Assembly (NCBI GenBank): GCA_002189035.1
Contig: NEEC01000002.1
Location: forward strand, 2,604,001-2,668,000
Reading direction: 5' to 3'
Origin: Utricularia gibba
Taxonomy: Eukaryota; Plantae; Magnoliophyta
Length of the DNA stretch: 64,000 bases
The translations under genes were made by a program, and so were the position numbers. Under the pieces are notes generated by a model that had not been told where the DNA came from, searched no databases, and saw only the letters and a program-made list of their open reading frames with translations. Positions 41,078-52,473 of the stretch are shown in pieces (the stretch's first letter is position 1; every line of letters starts with the position of its first letter).

Positions 41078-44000
41078 TTTGTCTTGGAATCCTTACGGTA
41101 GCTTCTTGTCCAAGGGAGAAGTGTCAAAGCCCTTGATGTGTTGAACGGTATGTGAAAATCAACGGTTGGAAATTTTCAGATAACTAACGCATCAAGTCAC
41201 CGTTTGAGGATGCAATCGGGATACATTCCCCTATATATGAGCTCTAGAATGCTAGATGGGCTGTCAGAAGATTGGAGATTGTGATGATCACTAGATTCGG
41301 GGTCAGTTTGGTTTGCTACAGGATGTAGTTCAATTCCATGATTGATGTTCCTATCATTCTCATTGGTGGTGCTCTCATCAGCTTCATAGACCATCGTGAG
41401 CTCTTTTCTTCCATGATTGTTGCCGCTCGAAAGTCCTACGTCCTCTGCACTCTTCCACCAACAGGAGCTTCCCATATTCCTATGTTCAGCTGAACATGGA
41501 GGCATTGAGATTCATGACCATTTCGAATGACTACAAAGTTTTTTATATGAACTGCACGGAGCTTTTTTCCATGAATGTAAGGAACTTCACCGTCTCCCTA
41601 TTGATACAAGCCATGATGTTGAGTGCCTTTGTTTCTTCAATGTAGGATGTATTGAGAAGATCACACCTGTCTCTTTCATTACTTGCCTTCAGTGTCATGT
41701 CCATTGTGAGTGGAGCTCTCATCTTTCTGAATGCAGTATTGAATATACGATGTACAATGTAGGACTTGGATATTGAAGTGAATCAATCTTTGCTTGAAGA
41801 AACTATCTTTCTTTTAGGTAAAAAAACCTCTATAAATGTTCTTGCAGACAACAAGTATTTATAGGAATTTCACAAAAAATAGTCGTTGTTATTTTGAGCA
41901 AGTCATAGCTGTGCTACACTTATTGCTAATTTGTAGCCATCACTTTTGAGAGTAGGATATTTGAGTGTGGCTTTGTTTCTGTACTTAGTGGGTTGGATCG
42001 TTGTGTCTTGTCCATGAGGTGTAAGACCCATTTGGCTGAATTGAGATCCACTATGATGAGGCCTATGTACGAGTTTACTCTCTTCATCCGTCTCTTTTCA
42101 GTTTCGTGGCAACACATACTATTCTTCAAGTTCTCACAATTCTTCTCTGCTTCATCTTTCAATAATTTTAGCTTGGATTCATGGTTCTCTGCCTTCATTC
42201 CTCCTCGAAGATGAAGTCGAGGTGAGTTTTCGGGATTTGAGGGATTTTTTTGTAACCCTAATAGTTCTTTTATTTGGGCAAACTGTTTTGGGAATAGAGA
42301 TTTCATAAGGATGTCTATAGGTTGTTTCTTAGACGATAAGTATTCTAGGGTGATGCTTCCCTCCTGGATGTAGTCTCTTAGGACGTGATATTTGATCTTA
42401 ATGTACTTAGTCTTCTCAAACATAACACAATTTTGAGCAATACTTATGATTGATTTGTTGTCAATCCTCAAGATACGCGGTCTTGGCAACTTGATTTTTA
42501 GATCCTTACATAATTTGAGTAGCCATTGTGTGTAATTTGCAGCTGATGCTCCTGTAATGTACTCTCCTTCGACCGATGATTGAGCAACAAGTTCTTATTT
42601 CCTACTATTTTAGGAAAAGGCTGCGGACCCTAGGGTGAATAGAGAGTCATTGTGGGTTTTAGATCAGTCTTGTCTCCTTCAAAATCAGAGTCTAACAAAA
42701 TCTGGGAGGACAGGGTTAGTATGCTTCTTGAAATAAAGTTCTAAAGTTTTAGTAGAATTTAAGTATTTGAAGATTTGTTCAACAATTTTAAGATGCAAGT
42801 GTGATAGATTGTGCATTAAACGTGATAGAAATGTTACTACAAAAGTGATGTCAGGTCTGGTAGCTATGAGGTAGAGAAGTGCTCCCACGATTTTTTGATA
42901 TTCTGATATATTGACTGCCTTGGCGGATGTCAATCCCGTATGTGATTTCTCTATGCGTTCCCTCTTTGTGGCCAGGTTTACCTTTAACTTAAAATAAGGA
43001 GTGAAAAGCATAGCAACATCCCTAGCTTCAGTCATCTCAAGTACGCTTAATAAATCCTTTGTGTATTTCTTTTGTCTAAAAAAAAATGTAATTCTTATCT
43101 TGGATAATTTCAAACCCCAAGAAGTATTATGCAGGCCCCAAATCAAAGAGGTTGAATTTATCTCGCAACTCGCTTTTTTCTACATCTATCATTTCTTCAT
43201 CGATGCTTGTAAAAAAAATATCATCAACGTACAAGGTAATTATAATTCTTCCCTTTTTTTAGACAAGAGTGTAGATGGTGGTGTCACTTTGAATTTACCT
43301 GTATCCCATCTACATTAGAAACCCATCTATTATAGCATGCCATTTTTTCGACACTTTTTTTAGGTCATATAATGCATTTTTTCAATTTTAGGACCTTTTA
43401 TTCTCCATTTTCAAGAATGAAGCTAGACGGCGGATGTACATAGATTTCCTCAATTAGATGTCCATTTAGAAACGTACCTTTCACATCCAAGTGATGAAGC
43501 ATCCATCCTTGGCTAGCAGCATAAGTGATTACAAGCTTTATAGTGTCTAGCCTAGCTACTGGAGCAAGTGCCTCCCAATAATTTATTTCTTTCTTTTGAA
43601 AATATCCTTTGGCAACTAACTGAGATTTCAGCTTGTTTATAGATCCATCCAGGTTGAGTTTGGTCCGTAAAATCCATTTAAAACCAATTGGCTTGACTCC
43701 TTGAGGTTTGTCCATTAGTACTCATAGTTGATGATTTTTTATGAAAGATAATTCACTTTCCATGGATGCTTTCTATGCAGGGTCACGTAGTAATTCATAG
43801 GGAGTTAAGAACTCACATTTAATTAAGGCCATATCATATATTCTACCAATAGAGTCATACCCTTTGACTAGTTTTTTATCTTGTAGGTGATCAAGATTAT
43901 GGCATTGGAAGTGTGGAATGTAGATGTCTTCATTTGAGTCACTTTCAACATTGTCTTCCAGATTCTCAATATTTGGTAATATTTCAGATTCATGATGGTA

Positions 44001-47000
44001 AGATTATGAGAATGGACATCTTGACTTGTGTTTGCGGAATTAAATAACTCCATGTTTTTTTTGTCATAAGTGAGGTCATCTCTAGAGGTCCCTGAATTTT
44101 GTTGCTCAACTTGAGAGTTTTCTTCATCTTGAGTAGCCTATTCTACTACATTATCATGATGAAATAGTTGAAAAATTTCCATGTTATAATCAGCATTGTG
44201 CTCTAAAGAGTTTAAGTGCATTTTCCAATCAAGTGTTTGAGATTCATTTACCACTATGTCTATGCTCCTTTAGTATTCGGATCTTGTGGCTGTTCGGAAT
44301 ATAAAATATGTAGACATAAGTAAAGTCAGCACACATAAAGATCCCAAACTAAGAACAATTTTCAAGTTTGTTTCTCTTTTCTTTAGGAATGAAAACATAA
44401 CATAGAGATCTGAATATCTTCAAATTGAGCAGGTTAGGAGCCTTTCCATGCCATATTTCTTAGGGTGTTTTACTATATGGAATTTCTTTTGTAGGTAGTC
44501 CATTAGAAGGAAAACAGCAATATGGACAGCTTCACTCTAAATGTAGAGGCAGATTGTGGTCTAGCATAAGACATCGAGCCATATTCATGATGGTGCGGTT
44601 ATTTCTTTCACAAGTGCCGTTCTGTTGAGGTATATAAGGAACTATAAATCAATGTGTAATACCATTTTATGAGTAGAGTTTTTTGTGCTCCATAGACTTA
44701 CATTCACCCTCATTATCCGAAAGTAGTATAATGATCTTTCAGTTTCTGCTAGAGTCTTGAAGATCTTAAAATAATTTGCAGCCTCTGATTTGTGCTTGAG
44801 GAAGTAGACCCAAGTGTATTTGGAGAAATCATCGATGAATATGATATAATATTTGTTTCCTCCGAGCATTGTCACGTTCATGGGTCCGTTGAGATCACTT
44901 GTTACTAATTGCAATTTGGCTTCTGAAGTTTCAATTCTTCGTTTAAATACATTCCGACTCATCTTCCCTAGCAGACATGTGCTGTAGGGCTGATCACAGT
45001 GTTTTAACTCAAGTACGCCACACATATAGCTCCTTTGGATTGAGCAGACTTTAATGCTACATTATGGTGATGGCTGAGGTGCTTGTACCATATCATAGAA
45101 GTATCAGTGGCTGATAGGGTGAGAAGCTCTAGTGAGTGACTTGAGTTGATAGGAAACAAACGGTTGATCATGAGGACTTTCAACAACATAGTATGATTCT
45201 GATCAATTAGAGAACATGTATGATCTTCAAGGCATATTTTGATATCTTCTTCAATGCTTAGTAAATTATGTGAGGCTTGTGGGACATAAAATACAGCTAT
45301 TAGTTTGATCAATTGTTGATTTGTCTCAATGCACACTGGTCCAATACCATCAATAGGTATTGTGGTTCCATTGGTGACTGTCAGTGTCTTCCTTGTAGTT
45401 GTTGTAAGAGAGGTGAAAATTGACCTATCATTAGTCAGGTGTGATTGTTGTAAGTGCAGTCAAGTAGCCAAGTAAGTTTGTGTCTGTGATCCTTAATTTT
45501 TGAGACTATGGTCATACTGCACAGTGAGTAGATAGAAACCTTAGCAATCTTATTGATATCATCAACAAATACATCATTGGGTTTAGCGAAGACATTCTCA
45601 ATAGATACAGTGTGCGAGTTTTTAGGTGCTTGATTTCTTTTGTTGGGACATACCTTCTCTACATGTCCTTTTGCAGTACACAGGGTGCATTGGGCCTCCG
45701 GGTTCCAGTAACAGTAGATAAGGAGATGATTCTTTGTGCACAATATGAATAGGGTGGGTAGGAGCTTTTCTTTTCCTTCTTGGCTGGATGAAAGGTTGGT
45801 GCCGTGTAAGATTGGCATCCTACATTTTTATTCATAGAACTTGAGCTGAACATGGCTTTAAAGGATGCTCTTGAGCACTTTCTTCACTTCGTGTTTTATG
45901 GCAATTTTCTGCATTTTTGAGGTAATATAGTAGTTGCTGCAAAGATAGAGTCTCCAGAAACCTAGTGGCATCTAGGGATTCAATAACAACATCAAACTCC
46001 GTAGATGCACCGTGAATAACTTGGGCTTTCAAATTTTGTTCTTCCCTTTCATCCACTACTTCACCCATCCTTTTCAGTTTTTCAAGGTTTTTGAGAAGTA
46101 TTTCAGTGTTGGACGACACCTCTCCTTCACTTATTTTGAAGTTGTATACTTTATTCTAAAGTATCTGGATCTCTCTTTTCCAAACTTCCTTTTTTCTTCA
46201 TAAGTGTCTTGTAGTGTCTTCCATGCTTCACATGGTGATTTTCAAGTGATGCATCTATAGGCATCACCAATAACAACATAGGAAAGTGCTGCTGAGGTTT
46301 GAATCTCTTTCACATGGTATTCTCGTTCAACTAATCATTTTTCTTAAAGGATGCCCTCAAAGCAGAGACATGTGGCTATGAGATTCCATAGCCCATGTAA
46401 TTGTAGGTAAATTTTCATCTTTGGTGCCCAAATGTCATATTCTTTGCCATCAAATATGAGCGAGGTTATATTTGTAACAAATACATTTGAGGCCATTGTG
46501 TCACCCTACACAGTCAAAGAGGCAGACACAAAGAAAAAACAAGTGTTAGAGAGTGAGCGTTGAACCAAGATTTAGAGAGATTGATCTGCGTCGTTTTGTT
46601 TTCCTTCACGTCAGGTTCACCATTAAAGCGGTATTGAATATATGATGCATGATGTAAGACTTAAATATTGAAGTGAATCAATCTTCACTTGAAGAAGCTA
46701 TCTTCCTTTCAGGTAAAAAACCTCTACAAATGTTCTTGCATGCAACAAGTATTTATAAAAATTTCACAAAAACTAGTTGTTATTTTGGGCAAGTCATAGC
46801 CATTGATGCACTTATTGCTGATTTGTTGCCATCACTTATGAGAGTAAGATACTTGAGTGGGGCTTTGTTACTGTGCTTAGTAGGCTGAATCATTGTGTCT
46901 TGTTTATGAGGTGTATGGCCGATTTTGTTGAATTGGTATCCATTATGATGAGGCCCATGTTAGAGCTTACTCTATTCATTCGTCTCTTTTCAGTTTTGCA

Positions 47001-47158
47001 GCAACACAAACTATCCTTCAAGTTCTCACAATTCTCCTTTGCTTCATCTTCCAATAATTCTGCCTTGGATTCATGGTTCTATGACTTCAATCTTTTGGTT
47101 GCTAGAAACCAGTAACTCCCCACTCTATGAAGAGGAGTCTGATGAGTCGGCATGCTAA
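41078..47158 (+). pseudogene. Second OCT paralog, 3' half only, split by a copia insertion (segments 41078-41725 and 47090-47158)
   Basis: [52 protein letters not shown] resumes after the element as IFWLLETSNSPLYE, collinear with 36301-37020. Multiple stops. Confidence 0.88.
41728..47089 (-). mobile_element. Full-length but degenerate Ty1/copia LTR retrotransposon with ATCTT target-site duplication
   Basis: LTRs about 41728-42197 and 46623-47089. PPT (GAGGAGGAA on minus) abuts 42197. Gag start MASNVF..FDGKEYDIWAPKMK at 46496, Zn knuckle, integrase (SDLNGPM..FIDDFSKYTWVYFLKHKSE), RT (KPIGFKWI..APVARLDTI..LDVKGTFLNG; YLIATRPDI) and RNaseH. ATCTT at 41721-41725 and 47090-47094. Confidence 0.93.
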
Positions 47159-48161
47159 AATGAGTGTTTCAACTTTATCATTCTTAAATCTGAAAATATA
47201 TTTAACATATTTAAACAATAATTTTATTTTCTATGTGTATAAAAAATAGTAACTCTTAACATATAAATGAGTTTTATCTTTTTAAAAATATTCTAAATTC
47301 GGGAAAAAAATTTAGTTGAGGTTGGATCCAAAAGTTAATTTTGCAGAAATTTTATAAATGCAAAAAAATAATATAATTTATTTAAAATTTTAAAAATCAT
47401 AATTTTCAATGATATAAAAATGGGAAAAAATAATTTTGGTTTCAGTTTGTGTTTTTTTAGGGTGGAATTTGTCGGTTACTCATAAAAATTATAATTCTTA
47501 AATTTTAAAATTACATCATAAATTCTTCAAATTGTTTTATTGTAAATAATTTAATATGAAATTTATGAAATGGCGCGTGGTGTGATGTGTGAAGGCGACT
47601 GGTTAACTTCTGGCCTTTTGCTTGGGCTGTGTTGTACGGGAAGCCATTATCATGTCTAGGAACACTTTTTACTTTTACTTTATAAGACCAAACACTCCCG
47701 GTGCTCCAAGTCCCCCTTTCAACACGCCAGCACGATGATGCATTGGAAAACTTGATGGACTTGGTCACAGAGTTTGGATTTTCTCTGCTTGGCGCTTGAG
47801 TGGGATCCAGATCCAGATCGTCTATCTGTCTCCTGTGATCTACTTAATTTTTGGCGTTTTGGGTCACGAGGGCGTAGCAGATCTCGGGTTTTGGTTGCTG
47901 TGGTTCGCCTCACCAGGTTGGGGTTTTCTGGGCGACAGGTTCTTCTTCCTAATCCTACCGTGTGATCCATGATGACTCGGAGGAAAAAAGGGCAGCAACA
48001 GAACCCAGCTGGGGCTCTTGTGATGGACACTCCAGCTTTACCAGCAAAAACGTCGTATCGAAAAGGGAAAAGACAGGTCACTCCGGGAATCAGAGCAAAC
48101 CGGTGGGCCAGCCGGAGGGTTTATGTTTTCAGGTAGCGAAAACGAATACGGTGCACCATGG

Positions 48162-48197
48162 CCACACTCACGTCCCCCTGTCTTTTCATGTGTGATG
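48162..48197 (+). promoter_or_regulatory. CONSTANS-response-like elements in the proximal FT promoter
   Basis: CCACA at 48162-48166 and TGTG-N2-ATG at 48189-48197, 100-135 bp upstream of the FT ATG. Short motifs. Confidence 0.4.
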
Positions 48198-48295
48198 TGC
48201 AGCACAGAACCTCTTGTCCCGAGGGACTGGCTGGTCGCCTATATTACAGGAGGAGCGGGTGGGAAGGAAGGTGGGGTGTGTTGATTCACGGGGTG

Positions 48296-49167
48296 ATGCC
48301 AAGGGAAAGGGATCCGCTCGTGGTGGGAAGAGTGGTCGGGGATGTGTTGGATCCCTTCACCAGATCCGTGGATCTCAGGGTCAGCTACAGCGGGCGAGAG
48401 GTGAAAAACGGGTCGGAGTTCAAGCCTTCCGAGGTTGCGGCCCCGCCGAGGGTCGACGTCGGGGGTGACGACCTCCGCACCTTCTACACTATGGTATGCA
48501 TGATCATCAATTATTTATTTAGTTTTCACTGTTCACCGGCGTGCCTCGGCCCTGATGCCTCTTTCTTCCATTTCCATGGGCGTGGTTGCTGAAGCTGCTG
48601 GTGGATCCCGATGCTCCCAGCCCAGCGATCCCAATCTCAGAGAGTATTTGCATTGGTGAGCCGATTTTGTAACCGCAACACATTCAAACGCTTCCTGTAC
48701 TCACAGTCCCTCCCTCCCTCCATTCTGTGTGATTCTTAGGATGGTCACTGACATTCCTGGAACCACTGGGGCAACCCTAGGTGAGCCAAGCACTCACAAT
48801 CCTTGCTCTAATTCATTCTCTCTCCATGGCTGTGGTCGGAAAAACTAACCTTTTTGCTACATGGAGAAGCACAATAAATTCTTAGAATGTGAGACGGCAC
48901 AATTGGCTGCCTAGAATTAAATAACTGTTTTCAGGACAAGAGATTACATGCTACGAGAGCCCACGGCCAACCATGGGAATCCATCGCTTCGTGTTCGTTC
49001 TTTTCCGGCAACTGGGACGGCAGACGGTTTACATGCCGGGGTGGCGGCAGCATTTCAGCACCAGGGACTTCGCCGAGATATACAATCTGGGATCTCCGGT
49101 GGCGGCGGTCTTTTTCAACTGCCAACGGGAGAGTGGTAGCGGCGGGCGAAGGGCTTCCTCCACGTGA
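48296..49167 (+). CDS. FT: FLOWERING LOCUS T-like PEBP (florigen clade), 4 exons
   Basis: Exons 48296-48493, 48595-48655 (61 bp, canonical 62), 48740-48780 (41 bp) and 48935-49167. [33 protein letters not shown] (Tyr85-type), [24 protein letters not shown]. Confidence 0.96.
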
Positions 49168-52100
49168 ACGCAACAGTCATGTTATGTGACCAATTCTACG
49201 AAGATTAAAATATGTCGGGAGTCAGAACACAACACCATGATTCATGAAGCTCCTCCCTCAACTCGACCTGGTAGAGGTTTTAGGGCACAAGGCCTGTGGA
49301 CTGTGCCCATGATCTACACTACAGGCCCATTAGATGTTTTCCATATTTAAGCACCCATTTGGTACCAGGATTTGAATATGTATGATATATTTCTATCATA
49401 TGTTAGGTACTATAGTTATATATATATATAAAATTGTATTATTAAGAACATAGATTTCATTGTTTTTTCAAAAGAAAAGAATAGTTTATTCTTGGCAGGT
49501 CGCAGAGCACCAGTTTCTCGCCCGCCGTTGTCACAACGCCCTCCCGCAATGAGATCTCTGATTAATTTTTTAAAAAAATTAAAATTTTTTAAAAGAATAT
49601 CATGTCATCTCAAATTTAAATTTCTTGGATAAATGAAAAAAAAGATGAAATATAAAATATTTATTTACATATTTTATTATGTAAGAAAAATTATTAATCC
49701 AAAATTCTCTATTGTTTGCATTAATATTAAGCATATCTTTCATTTTAAAGGAAAAAACAATAAATTAATTTAAAAATAAATTAATTTAATTATAAATCAA
49801 TTTGATAATTTTTCATTACTTGTTTGTTCTTATGGAAATCCTAAATGTAAAATGGATATAGGTACGTCTTTATTTACCAACATGCAACACAGTAATGACT
49901 ATTATTATTTTTCTTAACCTTAAATTCTCGTTGAGCAATACAAATGTGATATAATATAATAATATTAGTAAAGCTTTTTTGATCTCTAAAATGCATCCTA
50001 ATATATAAATCTATTTATTATTGATCATAATAAACAAGTAGAACAATTGCATCACCATTCTATATCCACGTAAATGACTCATTATTTGAACAAATTTGAT
50101 TTACACATACTTCATCATTCATCAATTCTTCTTGTTGTTTCAATATTATATCAAAGGTAAACATTTCTTATTCATTTATATTACCCTCTTCATTAGCATA
50201 TATATTATCATATATATGTGTTTTATATTGATTTAAATTTTCAACTTCATAGAAACCACGTTGTGGTTGAAAATTGGCCCTCAATGGGATCCGATTTTTG
50301 GATGTTAAATTGGTATCTCCTTTTCTGATTTAAAGATTTTTGTGTTCAATTGGCAATTGCGGTAAAAATCTGTAGCAATGAAAAAATCACGAAGTTGAGA
50401 AAACTCATTGAGGGAAGTGGTTTCACTAAAGAGAGGAAGAGAATAACTATAAGTAATGTATGAAATATAAAATATTTTCTCTTCAAACGTTATCTTATTT
50501 ATAGTGGAAGCTCGATCAACTAATTATTGCAAATGTCAGCTACTTTTTATACATAGAAAATATGTAGGCTGCACAAGTGATCCTACTAATAAATAATTAC
50601 AGTCGGTTCTGGACTCTTGGAAGTCGACTGCTTTAAAAAATGGCTGAGGCCTAACATTGCCTTGTTTCGGTTTTTGTAGACATGCATCCGCTTTATCGGG
50701 TGTCACAATTCAATTCATGCTCTTAACTAATATGGTCTCATAGCAACTGATTCGATATTCTCCTCCCCCAATCGACTTGTGTTGCCATTTTGTATCTTCT
50801 TATATTTTCGATTTAATATTCATGATGACCTCTGATTTATGTTCTCCATTGCTCATTTTATCTCTTATGGAGTCTGAAATCGGTTGGGCCACGTGGGAGA
50901 GGAACACCAAAATTTTCTACCCTCCCACGAGATGAAATGAGTAGTTTAGAACACAAATTGCAGGTGCTAAATCGAAAGAATTGAACAGAATAATGGACGG
51001 TACATAAATTCACCTTTGGGAGAGAATACCAAATCGGCTATCGTGGATACGACAAAGGCACGTGTAAATTGGGTTCTAATACTTGGTAAGCAGTCAGATA
51101 CCTGCAGCAGCCAAGCCTAAGCCGTTTCAACAGAATTTGCACTAGATCCTCACATGTAGTAAGTCAAATGTCCTGATTAATATCAGCCTTTCATCACCAC
51201 TTTGAGTCGCATGTAAGACACGAAATGTCAAGTGTATGGTTTATTGCATGCCTATTGCAATACTTCAAGACAACGTCTTGTCACTTTGGGTTAAAATACA
51301 TGAAAAAACAACAAAAATATGCTCAAATAATAATAATTGGATTTTCTTAATAAAATAAAATAATTATTCATATAACTCCTAATTTAATTGACTTAATCCT
51401 AACTTAATAAAAAATAATATATACTAAAGAAGTAGAAAATGACACTTAAGATATTCTCTAGATTTAAATAGTGATTGTTCTACAAGTATAAAAATTATAA
51501 TAATCCACGAATTAGGGGTTATGATACATTACTAAGGTATATGTATCCTACATGAGGTTTTTACTTCAATTTATCCCTCTATCCTTCAATAAAATTAAGG
51601 CAAATAACTCAAATAAGTGTACATCAGAAAGGACTTAGACCAATGACTACTTAATACACTAACAACATTTAAGCAAATAAAGACAGCAAGCAACATATAC
51701 TATAATGACTAGAAATCTTTTCTTTTTTTTTTTGGAAGGAGAGATCTCTGCTTTGGGAAAGATTGTTTGAATTACGAAACCTCGTGTGTAGTGATTAACC
51801 ATGGTTTCATCAAACAATCTTACCTTTGGTACCTCTAGCATTTTTTTTCACTTTTTTTTTCGACCTAGTCACTATAGTAACAGTAAAAATTTATTTAGGG
51901 TACAAGGAAAGTAAATTTATTCACCAAATGATATGTACAAAGAAGGGAAATTTTTTCGTAGTCATGGTATGGGTTTCCTAAAGTATGCAATTAGAGCTTC
52001 ATATTTAGAAAGAAAAATAATTGAAGTATTTTTCTAGTAATAAGAAATTAATGAACGTAAGCATGATCAATTCTAAGATCCTAGCCTTATTCATAGAAGC

Positions 52101-52473
52101 AAATGTACTTGAAGAGTATAATCGGGATTAACACATAAAAGGAAAAACAAAATATGAAGCACGAAATAAAGAAAGAAAAATTCAACACAAATTAACACAT
52201 AAATCCTAATGCTCATGAAATACTAAAGATTAAAAAAAAAACATAAACTCCTACTCCGAACTTAATTCTGAGAATGTTCTCATCATCAAGTGCAACGGAG
52301 GGTACCTTAATCATGGGGCAATTCAAAGCATGGAGCAGTGGCAAGGCAAGTGTAGTTTGTTAGAGAGGGCAGAAACCTATTCTTGGAGGCTAGAAGGGGA
52401 GTATGCTTGGTTGGGCTGAATGATGGATTGCTAAGTGAGATGTCTTGTGGTGCATCGTAGGGATTCACAATTG

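Noticed and set aside
41197-41505. 102-aa minus-strand ORF
   Set aside because: It is the antisense shadow of the OCT pseudogene fragment.
50720-50860. QVDWGGEYR copia-integrase-like peptide on the minus strand
   Set aside because: Only about 8 residues match and the flanking frame does not extend the similarity.
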